A stretch of DNA of 64,000 nucleotides from an uncultured Gemmatimonadales bacterium (GCA_963798085.1 CAWCRS010000008.1:59058-123057), one strand, 5' to 3'; positions 27,731-39,249 are shown, counted from the first letter of the stretch. Program-made: numbers and translations. The notes: generated by a model from the sequence alone, not told the origin.

Positions 27731-30345
27731 GGCGCCGCGGCGCCGCGTGGACGACGTGCACGGCGTTGTGCGTCGTCGTCGCTAACGCCGTGTTGTGCTC
27801 GCCCGCCGCGGCGCAGGACTGCCCAGCGCCGCGGCTGGTGACCGCGCACGCCTGGGCGCCACCGCTGGGCCGGCGCATCACCGTGCACGAAGGCCGGCTG
27901 TCACTGCACGATGCGCTGGAACGGGTGGCCCTGGCCGCCGGTCTACGCATCTCCTACAGCGCGGAAGGCCTGCCGCTCAGCCGCAGTACCTGCATGTCCT
28001 ACGACACGGCGGCCGCCGGCGACATCTTCACCGACCTGCTGCGCGGCACGTCCGTCGTGCCGGTTGCGGTGGCTGCCGATCACGTGGTGCTGGCGCCGGT
28101 GGGCACGCGCACGGACGAAGATCCGACGCCGCGCATGGCCGCGAACAGCACACCGCAGGTCTATCCGCTCGATCCCGTGACGGTGCGCGCCAATGCCATG
28201 GTGGTGGCGCCGGAACCCGCGGGCGTGGCGCGCAATGTGATCGAAGGCAGTCAGCTGGACCAGCCTTTCACCAGCTCCCTGACGCAGGCCTTCAACAGCA
28301 CGGTGCCCGGTCTCTGGGTCTGGGATCAGTCCGCATCCAGCGTGATCGCGCGCTACGGCAGCATGCGCGGCGCCAGTTCCTTCGGCATGAGCGCGCCCAA
28401 GATCTACATCAATGGCATCGAGGTCGCTAATCCACTGCTGCTCACTCGCCTTTCGCCTGATGCCATCGATCGGGTGGAAGTGATTCGCGGCCCCGAGGGC
28501 GGTGCGCTATACGGCGCCGATGCCATCAATGGTGTGACCAACATCATTACCGGCTTCGGCACAATCACGCCGGGCGCGCCGCGTACGCGCGTGCGCAGCG
28601 TCATGGGCCTGGCCAGCAGCGAGTTTGCCAGTGCCTCGCTGGCGCAGGACCACACGGTCAGCCTGCGTGCCGGCACGAATGCACGCTCGGCGGGTCTGGA
28701 TCTGGCCCTGGGCAGTGTGGGCCAGTTCATGCCCGGCGGCTGGACGCGTCACGCCACCCTGGACGGCTCCGGCCGGCTCGTCGGCACACGCACCGTCGTG
28801 ACCGGGACGCTGCGCTATTTCGCACAGCAGGCCGGCACCTCCACGAGCCCGCTGCTCACGGACGTGCTCGCGGCGCGCCCCGTCGGCCCCTCGCCAGCCC
28901 TGAGCGCGGCCGCTAACAGCAGCACACTCAATGTGCGCGAGTACACGGCCGGCGTACGCGCTTCATTCGCGGGCGGCGCCCACTGGACACATGCCCTGGT
29001 TCTGGGTGTCGATGGCTACACGCTGGATGGCGTCGCGGACCGCGCCATGGCGCTGCTGTCGCCCTCCGACTCCGCACTGCTCGCGGCCGGCTCGAGCGCG
29101 CTGCGCGGCACGTTCCGCCTGACCAGTACGGGCCGCTTCAATGCGGGCCGCGACGTGGCGGGCGCGCTCACGCTCACACTCGATCACTCCACACTGCGCC
29201 AGCAGGGCGGTGTGCAGGCGTTCGAGCCGGGTGGCTCAACCGGCTGGACCATGAGCAACCGGCCCATGACGCCGCGCATGGATGAGCAGCTGGGCGGCAA
29301 GCCGGGCGCGAGGGCCGTTGACGAACACAAATACGATGCGACGTCGATCGCCGCCGGCGAGGATGCGGTCAACCTGGTGCGCAGCAACACGGGCATCAGC
29401 GCGCAGCTCAATACCGAGTGGCGCAATCGCCTGCTGCTGACCAGCGGTGTGCGACTGGAGCGCGAGATGGCGGGCCTGCAGGACAGCTATGCCTCGCTGC
29501 CCATGGTGGGAGCGACCTGGCTCGCGGCACAGGGACCGGTTTCGCTGAAGCTGCGCGCCGCGTGGGGCAGAGGCGTGCGCTGGAGTGACACGCCCATCCG
29601 CGCCGGCGGCTGGAACGATGTGCACGAAGAGCTGGCGCGCTTCGCGCTCACGCCCGAGCAGCAGGCAGGCGTGGAAGCAGGCTTCGATCTGAGCGTGGCC
29701 CAAACACTGAGTTTGGGAGTGACGCGCTTCGATCAGCTGGCTACGGGTCTCACCCAGCGGGTGGCCGTGGCCGTGGCCGCAGACGCCAGTGTACTGCCCG
29801 GCGGCACGCGCTCCATGACGCACGAGCTGCAGAACGTGGGTGAGATCGCCAACCGGGGCTGGGAGCTGCAGGGCCGCGTGACGCGCCGCAGCGTGTCGCT
29901 GGCGGGCACGCTCTCGCTGGTGGACAGCCGCGTGCGCCGACTGGCAACGGGGTACAGTGGCGACCTGCAGGCCGGTGACCGCATGCTGGCCGTGCCGGCA
30001 CGCACCATGAGTCTCACCGCCGCGTGGTCGCACGCCCGTTGGACTACGGCGCTCACCGCCTATCGCGCGGCCGACTGGGTCAACTATGACCGCGTGAGTC
30101 TGGCGAGAAACTTCATTGGCGGCGGGGCGCCACTCGATCAGCTGACCGGTGCCGAGCTGCGCTCCTACTGGCTCGACTACCCGGGCATCACACACCTGCG
30201 CTTCGGTCTGGCGCGCGACATCCGCAGCGGCCTGACACTGCTGTTTTCCGGCGACAATCTGTTGAATCAGCAGGTGGGTGAGCCCGACAACATCACGGTG
30301 CTGCCGGGCCGAACCGTGTCCGTCGGGATTCGCGCCCGCTTCTGA
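27727..30345 (+). CDS. TonB-dependent outer-membrane receptor with an N-terminal STN signalling domain
   Basis: Overlaps the FecR stop by 4 bp. Contains an STN-like segment (LSLHDALERVALAAGLRISYS), a plug, a long beta-barrel and a terminal Phe (GIRARF*). Confidence 0.85.
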   Translation: MRRRGAAWTTCTALCVVVANAVLCSPAAAQDCPAPRLVTAHAWAPPLGRRITVHEGRLSLHDALERVALAAGLRISYSAEGLPLSRSTCMSYDTAAAGDIFTDLLRGTSVVPVAVAADHVVLAPVGTRTDEDPTPRMAANSTPQVYPLDPVTVRANAMVVAPEPAGVARNVIEGSQLDQPFTSSLTQAFNSTVPGLWVWDQSASSVIARYGSMRGASSFGMSAPKIYINGIEVANPLLLTRLSPDAIDRVEVIRGPEGGALYGADAINGVTNIITGFGTITPGAPRTRVRSVMGLASSEFASASLAQDHTVSLRAGTNARSAGLDLALGSVGQFMPGGWTRHATLDGSGRLVGTRTVVTGTLRYFAQQAGTSTSPLLTDVLAARPVGPSPALSAAANSSTLNVREYTAGVRASFAGGAHWTHALVLGVDGYTLDGVADRAMALLSPSDSALLAAGSSALRGTFRLTSTGRFNAGRDVAGALTLTLDHSTLRQQGGVQAFEPGGSTGWTMSNRPMTPRMDEQLGGKPGARAVDEHKYDATSIAAGEDAVNLVRSNTGISAQLNTEWRNRLLLTSGVRLEREMAGLQDSYASLPMVGATWLAAQGPVSLKLRAAWGRGVRWSDTPIRAGGWNDVHEELARFALTPEQQAGVEAGFDLSVAQTLSLGVTRFDQLATGLTQRVAVAVAADASVLPGGTRSMTHELQNVGEIANRGWELQGRVTRRSVSLAGTLSLVDSRVRRLATGYSGDLQAGDRMLAVPARTMSLTAAWSHARWTTALTAYRAADWVNYDRVSLARNFIGGGAPLDQLTGAELRSYWLDYPGITHLRFGLARDIRSGLTLLFSGDNLLNQQVGEPDNITVLPGRTVSVGIRARF

Positions 30346-30576
30346 GCGTACGCAGCGCGGATTGCAGGCGACGACACCGCTTCGCCCGCTCACCGTTTCT
30401 TCGACGTTATCCCGATTCTGCCTTTCCGATCCGGTGCCGCGGCCGTACCCTGTAGTCAGCCAGGCCCTTCCATTGTACCGCGAAGCCAGCCGGGCCATGT
30501 CACGTAAGAGAGTTGTGTCTCGCACCGCCTCCCCGTGCAGAGAATCACGGCGGCGAGGCCGCGCGCTGGATGGGAG

Positions 30577-31191
30577 ATGCTGATGAACGCGCTCTACTGG
30601 TTCGCATTGATCGTGGGCGTGGGCATGTACGGCTTCTCACTCGCCGCGGACTTCCTGGGCCACACGGACATTGACACGCACGCGGACGCCGAGATGCATC
30701 ACGGCGGGGCGGAGGACAAGGGTGGCGGGAGTTTTCGCATCCTCTCCATCCGCAACATGACGTACTTCCTGTTTGCATTCGGCGTTACAGGGGTACTGCT
30801 ATCCTGGCTCTGGGGCGGCAGTCGCGGTCTGCTGACGGCTGTGCTCGCGACGACGCTGGGCGCCACCGGCGGCGCGATCAGCTCACTGGCCTTCGGCTGG
30901 ATACGGCGGACCGAGGCGGGCGTCCTGCCGGGCGATCACGGCTGGGTCGGACTCACGGGCCTCGTGCTGCTGCCACTTTCGAGCGACAGCACCGGCAAGA
31001 TCGTCGTCGCACGCGGCGGCCGCGAACACGAGCTGCTGGCGCGACCGTTCGATCCTCGCGCCGAGCGGCCCGACAGCTGGGCCAGCGTCATGGTGATCGA
31101 GATGCAGCAGGGCGTAGCGCTCGTGGCGCCGCTGGACCGGGCAATGGATAACCCGGAAATGGCTCGAATAGCCCCGACATCGGAGTCCTGA
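30577..31191 (+). CDS. NfeD/YqiJ-like membrane protein (flotillin partner)
   Basis: MLMNALYWFALIVGVGMYGFSL... hydrophobic N-terminal half and a soluble beta-rich C-terminal half. Ends 3 bp before the flotillin start. Confidence 0.6.
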   Translation: MLMNALYWFALIVGVGMYGFSLAADFLGHTDIDTHADAEMHHGGAEDKGGGSFRILSIRNMTYFLFAFGVTGVLLSWLWGGSRGLLTAVLATTLGATGGAISSLAFGWIRRTEAGVLPGDHGWVGLTGLVLLPLSSDSTGKIVVARGGREHELLARPFDPRAERPDSWASVMVIEMQQGVALVAPLDRAMDNPEMARIAPTSES

Positions 31192-31193
31192 CC

Positions 31194-32679
31194 ATGGAGA
31201 ACATCTTCGCGCAGGTGGGCGTCATCGCGGGCCTCGTCGTGCTCGCACTGCTGCTCCTGGCCGTCATGACGATCAGCCGGCTGATCGTCATCGTGCCGCC
31301 CAACATGGCGGCGATCATCACGGGCCGGAAACGTGAAGTCGACGAGGGTGGCGTCGTCGGTTTCCGCACCGTCATGGGCGGACGCACGCTGCGCCTGCCC
31401 GTCATCGAGCGCGTGAACTGGCTCACGCTCTCCACGATTCCGCTCGAGTTGTCCGTCGAGGACGCGTACTCGCGCGGCAACGTGCCGCTCACGGTCAAGG
31501 CGGTCGCCAACGTGAAGATCGCGTCCGCGCCGGAAGTCGTCTTCAACAACGCGGTCGAGCGGCTGCTGGGCAAGAACATCGCGCAGATCGAGCAGCTGGC
31601 GCGTGAAACGCTGACCGGCAACCTGCGCGGCGTGCTGGCCAAGCTGACACCCGAGGAAGTGAACGAAGATCGCCTGGGTTTCGCCAAGCACCTTTCGGAA
31701 GAAGCGGATCACGACCTGAAGAAGCTGGGACTGCAGCTCGATGTCCTGAAGATCCAGCACGTGATGGATCGTGTGGGCTATCTCCAGTCGATCGGTGAGA
31801 AGCGCACCGCCGAGGCATTGCGCGATGCGGAAATCGCCAAGGCCTCCGCCATTGCGGAGACGCGCACCAAGCAGGCGGAGTCGAAGAAGATCTCGGAAGT
31901 GGCGGTCGCCGACAACGAATCCGAGATCAAGCAGCGCCAGGCGGCCGCGAGGCAGCTCGCGGAAATCGCCGAGGCTGAAGCGGACGCAGCCATCAAGCAG
32001 CAGCAGGCAAACGCGCGGCAGCTGGCCGAGGTTGCGGCCGCACACGCGGATGTGACCATCTCCGGAAGCGCGCAATCTGCTGCGTGTGCGACAGGCCGAG
32101 CTGGGCCGCGAAGCGGAAACCGCCGAGCGCGTTGCCAAGGTATCCGCGCTCAAAGCGGAGACCGAAGCGCAGACGGAGCTGGAATCACGGCGAGTAGAGC
32201 GCGAGAAGACTCGCCTGCAGGCAGACATTGTGCAGCCCGCCGAGGCCCAGCGCATCGCCGCCGAAGCGCAGGCCAAGGCACTGGCCGCGCCCATCTTCGA
32301 GAAGGGTCGCGCGCAGGCCGAAGTGCTGCGCATGCTCTACGCGGAGATCCAGAAGGCCGGCGATACGGGACTGCAGGTCTTCCTCGCGGAAAAACTGCCG
32401 GCCATGCTCGGCATCACCGTGGACGCGATGAAGGACGTGCAGATTCAGCGGCTCACTGTGATCGACAGCGGCGGCGGCAAGGGTGTCGCCAACGCCGCCA
32501 CGCAACGCGTCAACGCTTCCATTGCCGCACTCGAGCAGGTCGCCGGCGCCATGGGTCTCGATCTCGACCGCTTCCTGAAGCGCATCACGGGCGGACACGA
32601 GTTCGATGGCGCGGATGCGCCAACGGCGCGCGTGATCGATGCGGTGCCACCCGTGCCGGATCGTGTGAAGAAGGGCTGA
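31194..32679 (+). CDS. flotillin/SPFH (band 7) family protein; split by an apparent frameshift near 32060
   Basis: N-terminal TM helix plus SPFH domain in ORF 31194... The Ala/Glu-rich coiled coil and flotillin C-terminus are in ORF 32086..32679. Junction: ..AEVAAAHADVTI | PEARNLLRVRQAELGREAE. Confidence 0.85.
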
Positions 32680-32845
32680 ACCGCGCTCCGTCCTGGCGCA
32701 GCAGCAGCTTCGGATCGAGCGCACTCGCACGGCGGGCGGGCGACCACGCGGCCACAGCGCGAGGTTGAACGCCGATGGCTGTTGAATGCCCATCTCACCG
32801 GGCAGTGCGCTCGCACCCGCACATTCCCATTGAAGGAGGGCTCCA

Positions 32846-34510
32846 ATGGCAGGCAGAGCAGGGGCCGCGTGGGTCACGCTGGCATTCGCGGCATTGGCCG
32901 CGTGTGGTGAGCGACCCGCGGCGTCGGGTGATGCGGCGCGGGCAGAGGAGCAGATGGCGCTGATGGATGGGCTGGGCGACCTGCACCACGCAATTACGAC
33001 GCGCGCACCCCGTGCGCAGCAGTTCTTCGATCAGGGACTGCGGCTGGACTATGCGTTCAATCATGCGGAAGCGATCCGCTCGTTCCGCGCGGCGCAGAGT
33101 CTCAATGCGGAGTGCGCCATGTGCTTCTGGGGAGAAGCGCTGGCCTGGGGCCCCAACATCAATCTGCCCATGGACTCGGCGTCCGCGGCGGCGGCGTTCA
33201 CGGCGATTACCAGGGCGAAGCAGCTGGCAGGCAGCGCCAGTGAGAAGGAGCGCGCGTACATTAATGCGCTGGCGTGGCGCTATTCACCCGTGCCTGCCGC
33301 CGACCGTGCCGCGCTGGACACTGCCTACGCGCGCGCCATGCACGATCTGACACAGCGTTATCCCGAGGATGATGATGCCGCCGTGCTCTGGGCCGAATCG
33401 GAGATGGATCTGAGTCCCTGGGACTACTGGGTGGACAACCAGCACGCGAAGCCGAACATGCAGGCGGCGATCGCCGCGCTGGAGACGATCATGGCGCGGT
33501 CGCCGGATCATCCGGGTGCGTGCCATTTCTACATTCACGCGGTGGAGAAGACGCAGCCGGAGAAGGCCGTGCCCTGTGCCGAGAAGCTGCCCTCACTGAT
33601 GCCGGCGGCCGGGCACATCGTACACATGCCGGCGCACGTGTACATCCGCGTAGGCCGCTACGCAGAAGCGGTGGAGCGCAACGTGCACGCCACGCACGCC
33701 GACGAAGCCATCATGAAGGACATGGCGCCGGACGGCATTTACCGCGTTGGCTACTATCCGCACAACTACCACTTCCTCGCCTTTGCGGCGGGCATGGCGG
33801 GCATGAGCGAGCAGGCCATCAGTGCGGCGCAGCACACGACGCAGGCGGTGGACACGTCGCTCATGCGCAGGCCGGAGATGACGACGCTGCAGCAGTATCG
33901 TGCGGTGCCCTACTGGATGCTGGTGCGCTTCGGACGCTGGCAGGATGTACTGGCGCAGCCCGCGCCGGCCGCGGATCTGGCATACGTGGGCGCCCTCTAC
34001 CACTACGCGCGGGCCGTGGCGCTGGCGCGCACGGGTCGCGTTCCCGATGCGGAGGCGGAGCTGCGGCAGCTGCGCACGGCGAAGGCGGACAGCTCGATCC
34101 GCGGCGTGCGCGTGTGGGGCATCAACGAAATGAACGCACTGCTGGAGATTGCGGACAACGTTGCGGCCGGCGAGATCGCGGCCGCGCGCAAGGACACGCC
34201 GGAGGCGATCGCGCGACTGCGTGTCGCGGTGCAGCAGGAGGATGCGCTCACCTACGATGAGCCGCCTACGTGGATGAATCCGGTGCGCCCGGACCTGGGC
34301 GCCGTGCTGCTCGCGGCGGGCCGTGCGGCGGATGCCGAGAAGGTCTATCGCGAAGACCTGGACAAGTTCGCCGAGAATGGCTGGTCTCTGTTCGGGCTGG
34401 CCCAGGCGCTGGAGGCGCAGGGAAAGAAGGCGGAAGCGGCCGCCGTGCGCGAGCGCTTCACGAAGGCGTGGTCGAAGAGCGACGTGACACTGACGTCATC
34501 ACGCTTCTGA
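32846..34510 (+). CDS. hypothetical lipoprotein, helical/TPR-like
   Basis: MAGRAGAAWVTLAFAALAACGE lipobox. The 554-aa helical-repeat-like sequence has coding-like composition throughout. Confidence 0.6.
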   Translation: MAGRAGAAWVTLAFAALAACGERPAASGDAARAEEQMALMDGLGDLHHAITTRAPRAQQFFDQGLRLDYAFNHAEAIRSFRAAQSLNAECAMCFWGEALAWGPNINLPMDSASAAAAFTAITRAKQLAGSASEKERAYINALAWRYSPVPAADRAALDTAYARAMHDLTQRYPEDDDAAVLWAESEMDLSPWDYWVDNQHAKPNMQAAIAALETIMARSPDHPGACHFYIHAVEKTQPEKAVPCAEKLPSLMPAAGHIVHMPAHVYIRVGRYAEAVERNVHATHADEAIMKDMAPDGIYRVGYYPHNYHFLAFAAGMAGMSEQAISAAQHTTQAVDTSLMRRPEMTTLQQYRAVPYWMLVRFGRWQDVLAQPAPAADLAYVGALYHYARAVALARTGRVPDAEAELRQLRTAKADSSIRGVRVWGINEMNALLEIADNVAAGEIAAARKDTPEAIARLRVAVQQEDALTYDEPPTWMNPVRPDLGAVLLAAGRAADAEKVYREDLDKFAENGWSLFGLAQALEAQGKKAEAAAVRERFTKAWSKSDVTLTSSRF

Positions 34511-35251
34511 GACGCTTTCGCCGGCCATGGCGCGCGCCAGCGTGAGTGCATTGATCCGGGCGCGCGCCCAGCGGCCGGCAACGCGGCCCTGTTGCAGGAC
34601 CACGAAGTCGTGGCCGGCGCGAAACGCCTGCGCCGGGTTGTGCGTCACCAGCAGCACGGCCACGCCCTGCCGCGCGGTCGCTTCAATGACTTCGAGCACG
34701 CGCTCCGCCTGGCGCACGCCCAATGCCGCGGTGGGCTCATCGAGGATCAGCACGCGCGCGCCGGCGTGCACGGCCCTGGCCATGGCCAGCGCCTGACGCT
34801 GTCCGCCGGACAGGCTGCCCACCGACTGGGACACATCGCGTATCTCGATGCCCAGCCGGGCGAGGGCCTGCAGCGTGAGGGCGCGGGCGCCCCGCACATC
34901 CAGGCGGCGCAGCGGCCCGCGGCCGTGTGTCGGCTCGCGCCCCAACACGAAATTACGCCACACGCTGAGGAGCGGCGCCAGCGCCAGGTCCTGGTGGACG
35001 GTCGCCAGGCCCAGCGCCTGCGCCTCGCGCGGCGAACGCAGACGGACATCGTCGCCTGCAATGCGCAGCACACCCGCCGCGGGCTCGACCACGCCGGAGA
35101 GGATGCGGATGAGCGTGGACTTGCCGGCGCCGTTCTCGCCCAGCAGGCAGGTCACGCGGCCGGCGTGCAGCTCGAGCGACACGTCCTCGAGCACGACGGC
35201 ACTGCCATAACGCATGGTTAGGCGCTCGACAGCTACCAGCGGCGTGTCCAT
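34499..35251 (-). CDS. sugar ABC transporter ATP-binding protein (single ABC domain)
   Basis: Inner start [11 protein letters not shown]. Walker A GENGAGKST, signature LSGGQRQ, Walker B ILDEPT. The start overlaps the permease stop (TGATG). Confidence 0.9.
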   Translation of the reverse strand: MDTPLVAVERLTMRYGSAVVLEDVSLELHAGRVTCLLGENGAGKSTLIRILSGVVEPAAGVLRIAGDDVRLRSPREAQALGLATVHQDLALAPLLSVWRNFVLGREPTHGRGPLRRLDVRGARALTLQALARLGIEIRDVSQSVGSLSGGQRQALAMARAVHAGARVLILDEPTAALGVRQAERVLEVIEATARQGVAVLLVTHNPAQAFRAGHDFVVLQQGRVAGRWARARINALTLARAMAGESVSEA

Positions 35252-36231
35252 CAGCGCTCCTCGGCGCGCGCGCGCAGCACGTTGTTGGAGAGCACGGCCA
35301 GCACCAGCAGCGCGCCCAGCACCACCTGGAACCAGTCGGCATCGATGCCGGTCATGACGATGCCCTGCTGCACCATGCCGAAGAGCAGCGCGCCGCAGAA
35401 GGCGCCGGGCACGGAGCCGTAGCCGCCGGAGAGCAGGGTGCCGCCCATGACGGCGGCGACGATGGCGCGGAACTCCTGGAACTCGCCGCGCAGCGCATCG
35501 GCGCCGTTGAAGCGCACCGCCTGCAGCAGCGCCACGAGCGCGGCCGCCACGGCCGTGGTCACGAAGAGACCGATCTTCACGCGCGCCACGGGCACGCCGC
35601 TGTTGCGCGCCGCCTGGGGCGCACCGCCGCAGGCCAGGATCCAGTTGCCGGAGCGGGTACGCAGCAGGACCCATGTGGCGATCGCGCTGAGTGCGATCCA
35701 CCAGAAGATGGCGACGTCGAAGTGGGGCAGCGGCTGGCTGGCGAGCAGCAGCTGCGCCAGCGGGAAGCGGCGGGCGGCGTCCAGGCCGCCCAGCTGCGTG
35801 CGTCCGGTGAGCGCGCGGCTCACGCCAATGGTGGCGCCGCGCAGGATGAAGAGCGTGCCCAGCGTGATGATGAAGGAGGGCAGTCCGGTGCGTACCACGA
35901 GCCAGCCGTTGGCGAAACCCACCGCACCCGCAAACAGCAACGTTAGCAGCAGAGCGAGCCAGAGGGGCAGTCCCAGGTGGGTGACCAGCAGGAGCAGCAG
36001 CATGCCGCTGGCGCCCACAATCGAGCCCACCGAGAGATCGAACTCGCCGCCCATCATGAGCAGCGCCACGGCGATGGTGAGAATGCCGAGCGGCGCGGCC
36101 GCGTTGAGGTACGCCGCGGCGCCGGCCTCGCCGCGGAAGGGCGCACCGGCGGCGATCGCGAAGATGCACCAGACGAGCAGCAGTCCCGCGACCGCGCCCG
36201 CCTCCGGATGACGCAGTGCGCGGCGGATCAC
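35251..36231 (-). CDS. sugar ABC transporter permease (RbsC/FrcC-like)
   Basis: A 326-aa polytopic membrane protein overlapping both neighbouring genes by 1-4 bp. Confidence 0.85.
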   Translation of the reverse strand: MIRRALRHPEAGAVAGLLLVWCIFAIAAGAPFRGEAGAAAYLNAAAPLGILTIAVALLMMGGEFDLSVGSIVGASGMLLLLLVTHLGLPLWLALLLTLLFAGAVGFANGWLVVRTGLPSFIITLGTLFILRGATIGVSRALTGRTQLGGLDAARRFPLAQLLLASQPLPHFDVAIFWWIALSAIATWVLLRTRSGNWILACGGAPQAARNSGVPVARVKIGLFVTTAVAAALVALLQAVRFNGADALRGEFQEFRAIVAAVMGGTLLSGGYGSVPGAFCGALLFGMVQQGIVMTGIDADWFQVVLGALLVLAVLSNNVLRARAEER

Positions 36232-37238
36232 CGGATGCCGCGCGCGGCGAGATCGATGACGGCGGCGGCGTTGTCGCGGGTGACGAAGCCGGGCCCGGTC
36301 GCGATCACACGCCCGCCGCCCGGCATGGTGCCGGTCTCGAGATAATTCACGAGCAGCACCACGGGCAGGTAACCCTGGAGGTACTGCTGCTGATCGATGG
36401 CGAAGCGCACGCGGCCGTCACGCACCGCTTCCAGCACGCGCGGTGTCAGGTCGAACGTGGCGTATGCGACGCGGTCCGCGTGCCCGCTCTGTTCCAGCGC
36501 GGCGAGCGTGGGGTCGGCGGCTGCCGGACCGAGCGTCAGCAGGCCATCGAGCGTGGCATCGGCCGCGAGCGCGCCGGCAACGCGCTGTTGCGTGTCCGCG
36601 GGATCGGCCAGGTCGACGGCAAGGACGCGCATCGTCGCGCCCGCCCTGGCGAGCGCATCGTGAAAGCCGGCGCAGCGCCGGTCGAGCGCGGCGTTACCCA
36701 CTTCATGATTGATGCAGAGGGCATGCTTCACGCCGCCGCCGGCCATGCGCTCGCCGGCGCCGAAGCCGGCCTCGTACTCGGTCTGGCCCACGTGTGCGAG
36801 CGCGCCCAGGGCGTGAGACGCATCGTCGCCTGAATTGATGGAGATCACCGGAATGCCGGTGCTCACCGCCGCGCGCACGGCGGGACCGAGTGCATCGGCA
36901 TCGGGAATCGAGACCACGAGTCCGGATGGTTTCGAGGCGACGGCCGCTTCGATGATGTGACTCATCTCGACCATGTCGAAATGCGCGGGCGCCTGGTACT
37001 CGACGCGCACGCCCAGGTCCTTCGCCGCTGCGCGGGCACCGTTGGAGACCACGGACCAGAACGGATCCGCGGACTGACCGTGGGTGACGAACACGATGCG
37101 CACACCGGCGCGGCCACCCGCTGCAGCCGAGTCCGGGCTGCGCTGCGCGCCCCGGTCGGGGGATGCACACGCCGCCACGACCACCAGCGCGGCCGCGCAA
37201 GTCGTGACCGTTCCTGAACTGGTCCGGTTCCTGCCCAT
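36228..37238 (-). CDS. sugar ABC transporter periplasmic substrate-binding lipoprotein
   Basis: Lipobox VVVAACAS and a Peripla_BP-like pattern ([23 protein letters not shown]..). Confidence 0.85.
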   Translation of the reverse strand: MGRNRTSSGTVTTCAAALVVVAACASPDRGAQRSPDSAAAGGRAGVRIVFVTHGQSADPFWSVVSNGARAAAKDLGVRVEYQAPAHFDMVEMSHIIEAAVASKPSGLVVSIPDADALGPAVRAAVSTGIPVISINSGDDASHALGALAHVGQTEYEAGFGAGERMAGGGVKHALCINHEVGNAALDRRCAGFHDALARAGATMRVLAVDLADPADTQQRVAGALAADATLDGLLTLGPAAADPTLAALEQSGHADRVAYATFDLTPRVLEAVRDGRVRFAIDQQQYLQGYLPVVLLVNYLETGTMPGGGRVIATGPGFVTRDNAAAVIDLAARGIR

Positions 37239-37368
37239 GGGCGACGAAGCTACGCGGCGTGCCGGCCCGGTTCAATCGAACGGCCGGTTCGCGTGTGTGG
37301 CGGTGCCTGCTATACTTTGGGCCACGCTGCCGTACGGCGCCCCATTTCGCTTCGCTGCCGGGATCTGC

Positions 37369-39249
37369 ATGACGCACATCGCGAACGCATCCCCTGCCCT
37401 GATCTTCGCCCTGGCGCTGGCCATCGGCATGCTGGCACAGGTGGTGGCTCGCCACGTCCAGATTCCGGGCATCGTGCTGCTGCTGGCGGCCGGGGTGGTG
37501 TTCGGTCCCGATGTGCTGAACATGGTCCGGCCGCAGGAGCTGGGCAGCGCCGTGCAGACGATTGTCGGCATTGCCGTGGCCATCATTCTGTTCGAAGGCG
37601 GCCTGCACCTCGACGTGCGACGGCTGCGCGCGGAAGCGAAAGTCATCCGCCGGCTGGTGACGGTGGGCGGCATCATCACGGCGCTGGGCGGCACCCTCGC
37701 GGCACGCTACATCATGCACTGGGACTGGCGCCTCTCGCTGCTCTTCGGCACGCTGGTCATCGTCACGGGCCCCACCGTGGTGACGCCGCTGATCCGGCGC
37801 CTGCGGGTGCAACCGCCGGTGAGCACGATCCTGGAAGCCGAGGGCGTGCTGATCGATCCCATCGGTGCGATCATCGCGGTGGTCGCGCTGGAATTCCTCT
37901 ACGCCACGAACGCCAACGCCACGTTGCTGGCCAGGCCCGCGGCTGTGCTGGCGGGCGGAGCGGCCTTCGGACTGATCGGCGGCATCGTGATCGCCCTGCT
38001 GCTGCGGCCGCGGCGGCTGGTGCCCGAGGGTCTCGAGAATGTGCTCGTGCTCTCACTCGTCGTGGCGCTCTTCGAGCTGAGCGAAGGGCTGCTTGCGGAG
38101 AGCGGACTGGCCGCCGTGGTGGCCGCCGGACTCACGGTTGGCAACCTGCGCACACGCGTGGGGCAGGGTCTGCTCGAGTTCAAGGAACAGGTGACCGTGC
38201 TCATGATCGGTCTGCTGTTCGTGCTGCTGGCATCCGACGTCCGGCTGGCCGAGGTGCGTGCGCTGGGCTGGCCCGCGCTCGCCACCGTGGCTGCACTCAT
38301 GCTGGTCGTGCGGCCCATCGAGGCGTACCTGTGCACGGCGGGTGCGCATCTCAGCTGGCGCGAGCGCACCTTCATCGCGCTGCTCGCGCCGCGCGGCATT
38401 GTGGCCGCCGCCATTGCTTCTCTGTTCGCCGAGACCATCACCGCACGGGGCCTGCCCGGCGGCGCCGAACTGCGCGCGCTCATGTTCATCGTGATCGCGG
38501 TGTCCGTCACGGTGCACGGTCTGACGGGTGGCTTCATTGCGCGCGCGCTGCGCGTGTACCGTCCATCGGAGCAGGGTTACGTGATCCTGGGCGCGAACGG
38601 ACTCTCGCTCGCGCTGGCGAGGCTGCTGCGCGAGGACCAGCCGGAGATCGTGTTCATCGACTCCAACCCGGACCACGTGATGCGGGCGCAGCGGCAGGGC
38701 TTTCAGGCGCTCTACGGGCAGGGTCTGCTGGCCAGCGTGCTCTCGAGTGTCGACCTGGATACCAAGCTCGGGTGCATTGCACTCACGCCCAACGAAGAAG
38801 TGAATCTGCTCTGGGCCACGCGCGTGCGGGCGGAAACACACGCGCCACGCACGTGGGTGGCGCTGCGCGCGGATGCGCGCAGTCTGCCCACCGAGCAGGC
38901 GCACGATGTGGGGGCGGTCGTGCTCTTCGGCCGGGGCCAGCCCGTCGATTTGTGGTCGAACCGGTTGCAGAACGGGGAGGCGGCGGTGGAGCGCTGGCGG
39001 CACGAACGCTCGCCTGCGACACTGGCCGGGCCGGAGGCCAGCGGCGCTCAGCCGGTGGCAACCGATGCGCTGATCCTGCTCACGGTGCGGCGCTCCGGCC
39101 GGGTGCGCCCGTTCGACGACGAAACGTCGCCACGTGAACGCGATGAGGCGGATGTCGCGATCTTCCTAACGCGGCGTCAGGAAGCGGAGTCCTGGCTGCG
39201 CGAGCGCAACTGGGCACCGGTGGAAGCGGAAGAGGCGGCGCTGCTCTGA
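37369..39249 (+). CDS. cation:proton antiporter (CPA1-like) with a C-terminal RCK/TrkA-N domain
   Basis: Inner ATG at 37369 (MTHIANASPALIFALALAIGMLAQVV), about 11-12 TM helices, then a Rossmann-like segment YVILGANGLSLALARLL. Confidence 0.85.
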   Translation: MTHIANASPALIFALALAIGMLAQVVARHVQIPGIVLLLAAGVVFGPDVLNMVRPQELGSAVQTIVGIAVAIILFEGGLHLDVRRLRAEAKVIRRLVTVGGIITALGGTLAARYIMHWDWRLSLLFGTLVIVTGPTVVTPLIRRLRVQPPVSTILEAEGVLIDPIGAIIAVVALEFLYATNANATLLARPAAVLAGGAAFGLIGGIVIALLLRPRRLVPEGLENVLVLSLVVALFELSEGLLAESGLAAVVAAGLTVGNLRTRVGQGLLEFKEQVTVLMIGLLFVLLASDVRLAEVRALGWPALATVAALMLVVRPIEAYLCTAGAHLSWRERTFIALLAPRGIVAAAIASLFAETITARGLPGGAELRALMFIVIAVSVTVHGLTGGFIARALRVYRPSEQGYVILGANGLSLALARLLREDQPEIVFIDSNPDHVMRAQRQGFQALYGQGLLASVLSSVDLDTKLGCIALTPNEEVNLLWATRVRAETHAPRTWVALRADARSLPTEQAHDVGAVVLFGRGQPVDLWSNRLQNGEAAVERWRHERSPATLAGPEASGAQPVATDALILLTVRRSGRVRPFDDETSPRERDEADVAIFLTRRQEAESWLRERNWAPVEAEEAALL

